The notes under the pieces are model-generated. The model had not been told where the DNA came from. It made no database searches and was given only the letters and a program-made list of their open reading frames with translations. Of a stretch of 64,000 nucleotides of DNA, positions 1 to 12,383 are shown piece after piece. The stretch covers positions 21,886,001 to 21,950,000 of the forward strand of contig JBHGNT010000010.1 in assembly GCA_043228905.1 (NCBI GenBank), in the 5' to 3' direction. This DNA comes from Azolla caroliniana (Eukaryota; Plantae; Polypodiophyta). Position 1 is the first letter of the stretch; every line of letters begins with the position of its first letter. The translations under genes were made by a program, and so were the position numbers.

Positions 1-3000
1 TGCTGAAGGAGCACATTTCCTTTCTTCTACATCAATAAAGGTCTCAAGTACACGCCTTTCCGAATAGGAAAGTCCCAAATCCTGTGCAAGAGGATATTCC
101 TATACAAGAGCAAAATATGAAAAAAGCAACCAGATTGCACCTCAAGACATGAAATCATGATAAACATTGAAGGCTTTAATACATACCGTTAACAATGCAT
201 GAGACAAAGGTGTCCCCTTAGAGGTGTTGTCAGATAGTGCAGCTGCTAGACGTTGTAACAGATCCCGTTCACGTAATTGAAACAAGGCAAGCTGAAATGT
301 TATTAAAAGCAATATTGAATATTTACTCGTGGAACTTTTTTATGCTTTATGAAAATACAAGCGAGAGAAAGCGAGAGACTTGGAAATCTTTGCTCAGTAG
401 AACAGATGTTGCCAACGAAGTTTGGAGAGTTGGATTGCTCCCATTCATATGTTCCATACCAAGTGTCTCCATCGGTTTCTTCTTCTTCTTTGCAACAAGG
501 TACTCCCCAAGCAATGCCTTGCTCACCTTCAAGGAGAGAAGAAAAACAATGATTTAACTTTCTAAAAAGGATCCTGATGTATTCAGTATGATGACATCAA
601 TATGTTACCTATATCTATCTATGAGAGTCTTGAGCAAAAATAATCCCAGAAGTGATATGTTCCAGATATTTCATATCCATGAGATCACACTGGAATTTGA
701 TGTTATGTAGATAAGGCAATAATGGTATTCATATCCAGATTTATATGTTTCAAATACTAATAAGAAATTAGTAGGAAGGATGAAAGAAATTAATGGATTC
801 AGCATGCTTTCAAACCCAATCAGTCCCAAGTAGAGGGCAAGAAATGAATACAAAATCCCATGGACATCCCATATTACTGTATATGATTCGGCAGCATTTG
901 AAATTTTCCCACAAGGAAAATGTGGTTTTCTATTATAATCACAAACTAATGATGAACCACCAGTTGAAGTGATGAAAGAAACGAATGGATTGAGGGAGCT
1001 TTCAAACCCAACCAGCCCCATGCAAAGGACAAGCAATGGATACAAACCCTGGAGTCCACCAAAACTACAGATCTAAAATACAAGAGCTTTGCCTCACCAA
1101 CAGAGGCTCGACAACATCTCTGAGTATGCTACCAGATCACCAGGTTTTCTAGATCCTCCCTTCTATATCATTGACCTTAATATGCTAGCAGATCGCCAGG
1201 TTTTCTAGGTCTTCGGGGGTTAATCGGATTCCCACTTATCCTACCCTTAAATCCATAAGAATTAGCTTTTAATTTTGGTCCCATATTAATATCCATATTG
1301 AATGTAGCAATGAACAAAGAAGCAAGAGAGGATAGACGATAAACAAGATATATTTAAGAGATGCAATTTAAAGGAATGGGATCTATTGCGGAGGGGCCCA
1401 GTGAAATTGATCGGTACCACTATCGCTGGATAAATCAGATTGTTCCATTAAATGATTTTTCCAAGACATGATGCTATGTTTTGGTGGCATTCACTGCATT
1501 TTCTCACTAACATTCTTGTATCGAATCTTCTCCTTCAGGACCTTGGGATCATTAAGTGTGGAACCCAAATTTCCAGATATCAACCACAAGATTTCCCTGT
1601 ATTACAAGTGGTATTCACTTGATTTTCAAGGTATCCACACCTTAATGTTATTCACTTAGAAACATGGGGTTCAAGTTCTATGGGCTTTCACTGGATTTTC
1701 TCGTTACGCACTTAAATCCAATATGGAGGACCACATTTCTATGGCAATTACTGGATTTTCTCGTTTTGCACATCTGCTTGGGCTTTAGGTTCATAAAAAA
1801 TGAAAAGGCAATTGTATTAACTCGACGAGAAAGAAAGAAATAGAGATATATTAACGTCTTTTAAGAGGACAAAATGGCCTACAAGACCAGACAAGGGATT
1901 ACATCGTAAGTGTTGTCTCATCTTTGAGAACAGAAAATCAAAATAAAATAAATATTACTCAGTAAATATAAAAGTAAATATGATAAAAAGAGACAAAAGA
2001 ATCTGGTTTTCGGCACATGGGAGATTCTGAAGTTTGATATTATAACTTTTGTCTTCGAAAGATCTCTAGCACAGGTCGATCCAGAATGGAGAGAGAGAGA
2101 GAGAGAGGTGTTAATAATTATAACCCTGTACCAAAGGTAGAGATGCTAATACTAGTTAATCATGTAATACCTGTTGCATAAGGACATTGTTGTCACCCTC
2201 AAATGTCAGCTGCACATCATATTCTGCCTTCAATTGGCCTATCCGATTCTCTGTTTTCAAACCTTGACCACCACAAGCTTCGCGACACTCCTAAAAAGGG
2301 TAGTAAAGAAATATTCTAAGCCTGCTCATAACACAGGCAAATTGGATTAATACAGGCAGGACAAGGAAAGAAACCTGGAGAGTTCTAATGCCATGCCATG
2401 AAAGCATTGCCTTGTAACTACTTGATAGAACATGTATCATCTTTGCATCGGCAGGTGTTCGATATGCATACAAACTTATCAATTCATTTCCAGCAAAACT
2501 GATACCATACCTACGATCCATTAGTCACAAGTCAGTACAGGGATAAATTATATTTAAAAATTAAATGGATTGAGATTCCATTTCACAAGAAGTACAAGCA
2601 GTTATTTAACTAATTGCTTTGAATTCAAAGCTTCATCCAATCTAAACACACCTCCACTCTCCTAATTGTTTGAAAACATAGTCCACGTAAATCAAAGCAT
2701 TATCTCCATCAATTAAGACTCAGAGTCATATTGATAATATTATTCTAGGAACTAGGAACAGCCCAAAATATTAAAAATCCCCTAACACTATGAGATCAGC
2801 GCAGAGCTTTCTGGATAAATAGAAGTCCCAAAACTACATAATATGAGTATCATTTTAGAAGAAGACAGAAATTCTGAGAAGTCCTAACACTATCAGATTA
2901 AGGCACACATTTCTGGATCAATAAAGTTTCACATGCTATCGCAGAAGTATCATTCTAGAAGCAGCCAGAAAATGTGAAACCCTCCTACTCTATGAGACTA

Positions 3001-6000
3001 GATCACAGATATATCGACAAATGTATCTCTTATTAACTACATAGTAAAAGTATATTCCAAAAGCAGCCAAAAGATTGAAAAACCCTACCAATATGAGATC
3101 AACAGCTTATCCCTAGCTTCTACAGTCAACTTGTATATAAAACACCAACAAGTTCTCTTAAACATTTATTTCTATGAGATGTAAAGTTTACAATACGTTT
3201 TGGCAAGGAGAGGGATAAGACGGCGCTGATGGCTAGGATAATCAAGCAGCAGGACCTCTGGACCATTGGGAGTGAGTGAAAAAGCCCTTCTTGTCAAACC
3301 ATAGCGGATCGCTGTTGCCATTCCAATCTGAGAGACAAAAGAAAACCCTTACTTCGGTAAATCCAATCTGAGCAAGAAAGAATGCACTTATACAATGTAT
3401 TAGGAAAACAAAAGATGAATCCCTATAGGATTGCTGTTGCCAGTCCAATCTGGCAGAAAAGAAAACTCTTTACTTTGGGCAAATCCAATCTGTGCAAGAA
3501 AGAATGCACTTACACAACGAATTAGGAAAACAAAAGATGAATCCATTGAATTGTACCTTGGCAACATACGCAGCACCCGTTGCAATTGTAACACGACCAA
3601 ATGTGAGAGGAGCCATGAATGCACCAAACCTCTGCAGTTCCAACATACATCACGTCATTTCATCTATTATATCATCCATTAATCAGAATGGGTCATGCAC
3701 AGTTAATACTTGGTCAGGATCTTCTATCTGACTAATATAATCTCCATTTTCAGATACATCAGCAACAGAATTAAGAATATTCTCACGAGGCACACGAACA
3801 TGATCAAACCTGAAAATTGAAACAATAACGCATCATTTAATCGAACTACTTAAGAAGAAATCAATGTCCAATGGAAAGTATTAACAAAATCAGCACCATA
3901 TTCTTCCATTGTCTACACCGTTAAGGCCTGTCTTGTGTCCACAGTCTGCAATTCTGATGCCTGGACATACATGGCCCCTCTCATCCCTTAACTGTACAAT
4001 AAACGCATGGACGCCTTCAGCCTTCCCATGAATATTTAGCTGTGAGAAGACCACAGTATGCGACGCATCCTGAATAAAATGGAACCTTCACTCAATATAC
4101 ATGAATTGTAAATTTTAAGACGATGCAAAACCTTGAAATTTAAATGCTTACATTGGCAGCACCACCAATCCAATATTTCTGAGCAGACTCACACGGAGAA
4201 TGGATAACAAACTCCTGTGTAGAAGGATCATATTCGGCAACGGTCTCTATGCCACGAACCTATAAAGATTTGAAATAAGAACTTTTTAAATCTGACAATG
4301 TTAAAAACAAGGGGGAAACTCTGAAATATGCCAGAGTTTTTCTTTAGTAATCCAAATCCCAAGTTTCCCTCACAAATGCTCTTGGTCAACCCCGCATAGA
4401 GTAATTATATGGTCAGTTCATCCCCTTGTCCACTATTTGAGTGCAAATATGATCAAAAGGCATTATATGATCTGTTCTTTCAGGGTTGACCAACGACATT
4501 TAGAGAAATAATGGAAAACTAGGGTTTCCCCCTAAAACAATAGCCATATGCATCAATTTTTCACATTGGGTACCCACATTGCTTCCATGTCCAAGCTCAG
4601 TCATGGCAAAACAGCCTATAACTCTGAAATCTTCAGTAGGTTCTAGCCATTTCCGGTGGTGACGTTCTGTCCCAAGATGTACAATGGCACCACCCCTGAG
4701 ATAATAACAAAATGAATTTCGACTAATATCATTGATAATCAACGACATAATGACTACACAAGCTCAGAAATTTAGATAAAAAATGATGTATGCAATGCCT
4801 TCATAGAAAAAACCATAGATTCTTTGTTGCAACTAACATAGCGTTAGTGGTGATGTGGGTCACATCCGGTTGACATCATTAAGAACTTACAATATACATA
4901 TGCCTTATCCTTATTTATCTACCATAACAAGGTTTAGGTTCAGGTGATCTTACTCAGTCATGAGGGTGCTCAAATCCCTCTATATGTAGCAGTTGAAACC
5001 TATATATATATATATATATATAAATATCCCTCATCCTTCTTTCTCTACCATAAAATTTACTCCTGGACTAAGACCTCCCTCTCTCTTAGGAGTCCTATTT
5101 GTCTTCTTAATTATCATTTTTCTCCTTAATCTATCTATCATAATCTGCATGCATAGACTAAGAACTCCTCTCTCTCAGCTTACCACAAGTGGAAATGCAC
5201 CCCAAGCTTGATCGCCAAGGCGTGGTCGAAAATATTAAGGCATTCATGCTGCGCAGCTCGAGTCAAGATGAAGTCAGGGTCATTCCGAGAAAGCCAACCT
5301 TTGAAGAGCCCTCTGTCACGGAGGAAGAGGGCTCGCTTCATGGTTATGGCCCTCTGAGCTTCCATGGTCTGATTGTAGTCTGGACTCAAAAAAGTATCTC
5401 CATCAACCTTCTTCAGATGGAAGAGATCAGAACTCGCCATCAATCGAAAGACCGCATCACGTTCTTCCACATTATGGCCATCCAGAAGCTTCCTCATTGA
5501 AAGAATATCAAACGAAGGTGGACCTGTAGAAAAGACAGAATTAGGTACAACACAATGCAAAGAGAAAGATGGAACATTTTATTTGGAGCACGCTGAAACA
5601 CGCTAGACATTTTGAAGAAAACTAAAACACTAGCTTCCTTATAAGCACGAACTTAAAACCCTAGCTTATTAGTAAATTTAAAAGAAATCAGTGCAAGGAG
5701 AAATTATTCATCCATGAAAAGCATAGGCCCAGGGTTTCTATGGAAAAGTAAACGTTTTCCCTTTCTTCTTTAATTTTCTTTCAGAAAACCGTATCTCAGA
5801 AGTAAATTCGAAGATTTATGGATAGACATGAGCACATAAGATGGGTTTCTGACGAGAAACACATCCCAATTTTATTTTTATCTTTACAAAAACTAAAACA
5901 ATGTCTTCCTTATAATCATGAATTAAAAAACTAAAACGTAAGCTCATCAGTCAATTTTAAAAAATACAGTGCAACGAGATATAATTCACCCAGGGAGAGC

Positions 6001-6571
6001 TTGAATGGAAAACTTTTAGTTTTCCCTATCTTCAATGATTTCTATGTTTCTTTCAGAAAACCCTATTTTAGCAGAAAACACAAAAGATTTATGGATGGAG
6101 CACCGACCTAGGGTTTCTAACGGGAAATACATCCCTATTTTTTTTGTTTCTTCATAAGGTAACTGTTAAATTCCTTTCTTTCTTATAAAGAAGATTCACA
6201 AATCACAGATTATCAGTAAATCCAAATCAGCGAGCATCAGAACCACTAGTTTATAAGAAAAGTCATCACCTTTCTTTCTTCTGACCAAGAATCAGAAGCG
6301 TTCGCAAATTAGAAAATTTGATTCAAAAATGTTTTTTTCTTACAAAAGCAAATCAAGAATCAAGAACCCTAGCGTATCAGTAAATTCAAAACAGAAATAT
6401 ATATATATATATATGTACATTACCTGAATTGGATTCAGCAGAAGTAAAGCTTAAAGAAGGTTGACGTTGAATCTGTGCAGAATTACTGATAGATTCTGTG
6501 GATATCGATGATGGTGGAGAGATATGATTGAAGATAACAGAAGTTCTCCTCCTTGTGGCGTTTCCTTCCAT
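1..6571 (-). CDS. ACX3: Peroxisomal acyl-CoA oxidase, ACX3-like (multi-exon; 3' end runs off the window)
   Basis: Exons 5'->3': 6571-6424, 5523-5184, 4695-4578, 4259-4152, 4069-3897, 3809-3710, 3631-3557, 3327-3197, 2510-2375, 2290-2171, 526-380, 291-187, 99-<1. All introns are GT-AG and phases are consistent. Motifs: [105 protein letters not shown]2-like RTSVIFNHI near the N-terminus. Confidence 0.93.
1828..1955 (-). mobile_element. Short 3'-end fragment of an RTE-like LINE (or derived SINE tail) in ACX intron 10
   Basis: (GAAA)n followed by ATATTAACGTCTT.TAAG...TGGCC...AGAC...GGG(A)TTACA...AAAATAAAA. This is colinear with the LINE 3' terminus at 56461-56575. Confidence 0.55.
2740..3105. 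repeat. Degenerate ~100-bp tandem repeat (about 4 units) in ACX intron 8
   Basis: Recurrent GTATCATT(C/T)TAGAAG(C/A)AG and CCTAACACTAT(G/C)AGA-type motifs at ~100-bp spacing. Confidence 0.7.
3301..3545. repeat. ~122-bp tandem duplication spanning ACX intron 7 and the start of exon 8
   Basis: 3301-3423 and 3424-3545 share GCTGTTGCCA.TCCAATCTG, AAAAGAAAAC, ATCCAATCTG.GCAAGAAAGAATGCACTTA and TTAGGAAAACAAAAGATGAATCC. Confidence 0.9.
5615..6230. repeat. ~270-bp degenerate tandem repeat (2+ units) in ACX intron 1
   Basis: AAAACTAAAACA..CTTCCTTATAA occurs at ~5617 and ~5888. TTCTTTCAGAAAACC, AAGATTTATGGAT and GGGTTTCT.ACG.GAAA.ACATCCC are repeated. Confidence 0.7.
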
Positions 6572-7056
6572 AGTGCCTTTCTTTTTCTTGCTTCTGATTG
6601 ATGAGGGTTTGCTTCCTTAATTAATCGTGGAGAGATGGAGCTTCCAAGGTAGACAATTCTCTCCTTTTCCGATTCCGTAATTAGTGTTTGTATTTCTTCT
6701 TCTTCGACTCTTCTTTGTGCAGAAAAGAAAAGTCTTCCTCTTTCTTTCTTTCTTTCTTTCTTTATTTCTTCTTCTTCTTCCCTACCCAGAAAGCCTTCTC
6801 TCTCCTTCGATTCTCCCTCTTCTAATGCCTTCTCTATGGAGACACTCCTCCTCTTTCAGCGATTTCTTCTTCTGCCAGGTTCTTCACGCAGAAATACTCT
6901 CGTCTAGTCTGACTACTTTCCTTGTTGAGCTTCCTCCTCCGTTTTACGCAGGAACCACCATGAAATAGAATTCTCGTGCTCGCTCACGGAGGATCAACCC
7001 ATAGAAGCATATATATGTATTACATATAGAAGAACGTCCTTCCTTCCTTCCTTCCT

Positions 7057-7092
<36 letters not shown>

Positions 7093-9173
7093 GAGTCATC
7101 TGTGATGTCATTCGTCGTCGACGGCGTTCTTCTGAAGTACATAAATATAGACAGTCAGTCAGTTCAGTCGGTAACTGATGTGTTGGTTGGTTGTTGCCCA
7201 CCATCGCTTATGGGCTCGGCTCGGCTCGGCTCGGCTCCAATCGGCTTGGCTGGGTTCCCCCCCCCTATTCATATGGATGGATTCATTCCTATGGCCTGTT
7301 GTGCCTGCCCACATGGCACCACACCATGAAATGGTCCGTCCCCCCCCCCCCTCACATCGGTCAGGCCCGCACTTACTTGTCATTTGTGATGAAAACGTGA
7401 CATACAGTTGATTTCAAACACGTTTCTATCAAGTCTCTGCCTCGTGTCCCACCATACGGCATACGCAGTTTCGGCACATTCTGTGCTTGAGACTCACGAC
7501 ATGCGGTGCAATAGCAACAACAAGTAGCCAGCCACTCTTCGGTTGTCACGTGCAAAGTCGCAAAATGTTGCTTCTCACAATGAAGCCATTCGTATGTCTA
7601 GATCACTCGTGTGGTTGATTGCTCACAATGAAGCGAGATTATATTGCCCAACTATCGAGGTATGCGCGCTTACTATTCTTATCACTTGGTTTTATATAGT
7701 GAGACAATATTAGCACAAGTGCCCCGTGCACATCTATAAATTTATGCGCGCTTCTGTCCAAAGTTATTAGTATTATTTTAACTTGGCCATTGTGACGAAT
7801 TATGTATAAGCACATGATGCACATGGACATATTTCATCTAAGGCTGATCTCTTTACTCTTGTTGTTATTCAAATGTACGCTAACGGTTCATGATTACCCA
7901 ATAAATTAAATGTTAACTGACAATTATTTTAATGTTGAAAGAACACAAGCCATGAGACGATGAAAAAGAAGAGAAAGCCCACATATAACAAGACAAAAGA
8001 GTGCAATTTTCCTTTCACATATATTGTTCGTGGCACTCACACTATCTTGTATTTATCCATTATTCCCAATTTAGGAAATCTATGCCACAACACAAGTGAT
8101 TTATTCACGAAATAGTAGAGCTAAGCCTCAAGCTCACAATAAAATTTGTCCTTAGCTTTGTCTTCCATGGCCATAACATTATTCAGCACAAACTCTAATT
8201 TTAGAAAATTACAACCTTATCCCATAAGTCTAGCTGAATATCAAAATGATCACCTTGTCATAACTTTTGTCATCATAGATATATCCCCTAAATAACTAAT
8301 CTTCCACGCCTCAGTAACATTAATAAGCCACGTTAGTAGGGGTTATTCGCACGCTCAATAGTACCACAATGCCATGACTCAAATAAACCTAGAAGTCCTT
8401 CTAGACTTGAATTCAAAGAAAATATGCAACCTTCCACAATGAAGTGTGACACTACTAATGCTTAAAGAACTTTTCTCACATTTATGAGTATAAAGTTAAT
8501 GAGTTGGTAAATTTTAACTAGAATGCCTTCAATGTGCATATGTCAACAATCATTCATAAGGGAAGCAACATGTATGTGGAGAAGAATGTATTCCCAAAAC
8601 TACTTGAATGCCCCTCTTTGTAATATTTGGTTTTGTACTATGTAGGGGTATTTAGCCAAATTTAAATAGCTCACGAAAATTCAAAATTTGTCCTACTACA
8701 TTGGGCTCATGAAACAACACAAAAAGCATGCATTCCCCTTTGATTTCCTAGTTGCCTTGTGTTATCTAACATCTTTTTCAGTATTTGCTTATTACAATAT
8801 TAGAAGAAGATGAACCAAAACATTTTGTAGTTGATTAATAGATCATGATTCCTCTTATGGTGTTTTTTGACGTCATCTATTTGATCATCCCTGAGCGTAC
8901 GTGGGCAACCCTAGCCCAAGGAAGGTCAAGCAAATCATTGAATGTTTATACACCCAATCTATTGAAGACAAGCAATGTTGTTTACTATCTTCTCTCTTGT
9001 GGTACCTATTACTCAATTGTGTGTTATGATAAATAGCCGACTTAAAGGACCATTTTATTCCTTTTCTCTGTTGTAACACAATATTTTAAGAAGTTTCAAC
9101 GAAATATAAAATTATTATAGTTCATCAAAGTAAGATAAATGATTTTAATTCATTAGAGTATTACTCTCATATC

Positions 9174-9900
9174 TTATTTTATTTTATTTTTATTTCCAAA
9201 GAAGAATATACTCCATTAGTTAAAATGACATACAATACACAACTTTAGACATTACCTACTTCCATATGGACTACATCACTTATTTATCTTACACTAAATA
9301 GCCCACATGTTTGTTCTCCATGTTTGTCGTGTCATTCACGCCCCTCTATCATCTAATGGGAGGGGGGAACATCCATCTCGTTACTACGTACTGCCATCGT
9401 ATATCCACTCCAATTTCTGTAGCCATCGGTGTAGTACACCATCATTTTCTGAATTTCAGCCTCATTAAATCTGAAGCATCATCTGTTCCATCAATCCGCT
9501 CATATTGGGCCCTCAATGTAGTTATTAGCATGTGCCATATTAGCTTAATAGATTCTGCTGGAGGCCGTTTGTTTGCTGAAAATACCTTGGTACATCTTGT
9601 GGTCCAAATGTTCCATATGATAATGGGTGCTAGCAACATCCATAGATCTACAAATTTATGCTTCTGGGCATTACTTCTAGGTGCACTGTTACCAACGATC
9701 ACTCGAATAGTTCCATTCTCCCCTCAATTTGTGCCAAGTAGAGAGATTTCTTGTGGGCTACGTAATACAAAACAGGAAACATAATGTAGATCTAAAGAGG
9801 GCATATAACCATGTCATGGTAATTTGCATGTCTTAGTGTTGGCCTTACGAAGATTCGATGGAAGCTCTTGTATAACATTCATGTAAAAATATTTAATGGG
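9174..9900 (-). mobile_element. Degenerate L1-like LINE ORF2 3' fragment
   Basis: ORF 9442-9702 contains IIWNIWTTRCTKVF, the WxIWxxRxxxxF motif that follows the zf-RVT region in plant L1 ORF2. A (TAAAA)n-like tail lies on the minus strand at ~9174-9195. Confidence 0.55.
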
Positions 9901-10646
9901 TACTAATTCATTTAGACATAGGCTACCCTCCAAGATCTACCATGAATGACGAGAACACTGTAAACTCTCGCGTAAGAATGCATAATCAACATGAAATTTT
10001 GTAATTGCTTGATATAGTAAAACATTACTCTAATAAGTTAAAGTATAACCTTTGAGATAATAAGAGTGCTCAAAATTCAATCAACTTCATTGTCATTCAT
10101 ATAATAGCTTAGAAAAGTTTGAAGCAAACTTGTCATTTGAAAAAAAGCCCAATGTTACTCCTAACATCACTGCTTCATGATGGTGTCAAATTGCTTCATG
10201 ATGGTGTCAAATTACTTTGCAAGGCTCCACGGGGAAGGTGCATACATGATCAAAGATAAAGAGCATCAGATTTCCAACATTAAAACATTCTAATTAGAAT
10301 ATCATGTCATATAATAGAAATTTCTTCAAGAATATACACTTTGAAAACTCACATGCACACATATGTTGATTATCACTGGCGTACATTTATTACATAATTT
10401 GGTTGATAATAAGATCTGTGCCGAAGGATCAAGGAAGTACAAAATACAATTAATCTAATAAGCAAACCAATACAATTTACTCAATTTGTGATCATGTACC
10501 CCATTGCCTAAGATAATAAAAAATGTCAATCCATAAAGGTTATTATAATGGGCTATCAAGAACCCAATGATGTGATCATACTCGTAAGCCTCTCTAAGGG
10601 ATGGCATGGGGTCTTGTTTGTGCTTTTTCTTTGGAGGATGGGGGAC

Positions 10647-12383
10647 CTAACATTTTAGATGTTGATACACTTGGCATTTTATGACTTTATCCAATGCTTG
10701 AAAACCAGGTACAACCAAGAATTCAACCTTCTTTTGGGAGCATGTAGAACAAAGTCTACCATCAATAAGCTCAGGGACAGCTTCCACATAAACGGGATCA
10801 ATGTGTAGACCTTTGCCCACCCTCAATATAACCACATGAGGATGCAAAGAATATGCAAGCTTGTGTAATAACCATACTCCTTTGGCAGCATCAAGAAAGG
10901 AAGCAGTGAAAACCTCTCTTTCCTCACATGAGTTAAACTCGATATTCCATGCGAATTGCGACCAAAGCTCTTTTGTTTTCCTCTCACAGAACCTCCAAAA
11001 GTCTGCATTAAAGCTTGGGTGCGAACTATCCACCGCATTCCCGACCTCGACTAACTTCATCCTTTGAAACTCCTCAAGCCTTGTGGTGCAACGAGTCATT
11101 GGATTAAGGATATGCATAAGGCCTGAATCATCAAAGTTGTCATTCTCGAAACAATGGTAGAACACCTTGTTGATTTTTGATTCTAATGCATAGACAACAT
11201 GTTCCTTGCGTGTGAACAAGACCTCTGGCTCAAGTTCATTCAGGGTCCGCCTCACTGAATAACCGGAGGCTTCTAATTGCTTGATAAGAGCCTTGCCAAA
11301 GGACCTTATGGCAAACCTAGCTCTAATTGTAGCCATCTCAAACAAGGAAAGAGTTATGGTGGTTCTATCTTGGGAAATCATGTTGTCATGACTTATACTA
11401 TGATGATGGTGGTGGTGGTGGCGATGATGGTGAGTGTGTGGGTTCAAATCTGGTATTATGACAATGTCACTAGAATGATTGTTTATGATGATATCACTAC
11501 CACTGGAGCTGCTTTTCATGTCACTACTACTAGAGTTGGTTTTCATGTGGTCACCGGTACAACATTTGCTTTTCGTGTGGTCGAGACCACTCGCGGTATT
11601 GCTGTCGGCTTTCCTTTCAAGGAACTTCCTACTTTCTTCTAACTCTTGGAAGACTGCAGTGTAATGATCTTCCTCCATCTGTTTCTCCATAGATTTCATT
11701 TGTTCAAGTTGCCATTCAAGCAAATCTATAGTATCTTGCTTATTCGCCAGCTCTTGTTGTTGCTTCTTGCTAATCTCGATCAAAGCCGCGACTTTCTTGC
11801 TAGAACTAGACATGGGGGCATGAGGAGGAGGAGGAGGAGGATCAGGATCTGATGATGAGGTATTCTTGCATGGGTTTAGACATGAGAACCAATTGGTGAG
11901 GAGACCAAATGGTTTGTTAGATTTACCAGGTTTATTACGAAAAAGCTCGTTAATGGCCATAACGTGGCATGTCGTCCCTGTTCGCATCCTGACAGACTCT
12001 GCCGTCGATTCTGTTTGATCTTCTGGGTGCAGGCTGAAGCTTTTGCTTCTTCGAAGCCTCACCCCTGCACTTGCGTGCAGATTATTGCCACCACGATTAG
12101 TACTGGCGCCAGTGAAGTCGCCGATCGGATTGGTATGGCTGTAATTATAATTACTGAGAGGTCGAAACATTTGGAACGTCGATTTGGAAGCAGACGACGA
12201 AGACGTGGAAGAAGAAGAAGATGAAGATGAAGATGAAGTGGAAGGAGATGAAGAGGAGGTGGAGCTGCTCGAATATGATGATTGGGTTGGGGCACCACCA
12301 CCTCGCATGATACTCATCGAAGAATTGACAGTGTGGTTTCTGGAGAGGATAGGGAGAGGAACATTCAAATCATCATTAGTCAT
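10647..12383 (-). CDS. GIL1/IRK-interacting-protein-like protein, intronless CDS, 578 aa
   Basis: The C-terminal half has family-type motifs (AIRSFGKALI, HVVYALESKINKVFYHCFEN, FWRFCERK, FLDAAKGVWLLHKLAYS, VEFLVVPGF...VIKCQVY). There is a central coiled coil and a low-complexity Ser/Pro/His-rich N-terminus. Confidence 0.82.
   Translation of the reverse strand: MTNDDLNVPLPILSRNHTVNSSMSIMRGGGAPTQSSYSSSSTSSSSPSTSSSSSSSSSSTSSSSASKSTFQMFRPLSNYNYSHTNPIGDFTGASTNRGGNNLHASAGVRLRRSKSFSLHPEDQTESTAESVRMRTGTTCHVMAINELFRNKPGKSNKPFGLLTNWFSCLNPCKNTSSSDPDPPPPPPHAPMSSSSKKVAALIEISKKQQQELANKQDTIDLLEWQLEQMKSMEKQMEEDHYTAVFQELEESRKFLERKADSNTASGLDHTKSKCCTGDHMKTNSSSSDMKSSSSGSDIIINNHSSDIVIIPDLNPHTHHHRHHHHHHHSISHDNMISQDRTTITLSLFEMATIRARFAIRSFGKALIKQLEASGYSVRRTLNELEPEVLFTRKEHVVYALESKINKVFYHCFENDNFDDSGLMHILNPMTRCTTRLEEFQRMKLVEVGNAVDSSHPSFNADFWRFCERKTKELWSQFAWNIEFNSCEEREVFTASFLDAAKGVWLLHKLAYSLHPHVVILRVGKGLHIDPVYVEAVPELIDGRLCSTCSQKKVEFLVVPGFQALDKVIKCQVYQHLKC

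Noticed and set aside
7214-7236. (GGCTC)n pentamer run upstream of ACX as a regulatory element
   Set aside because: It is a short simple repeat with no evidence of function from sequence alone.
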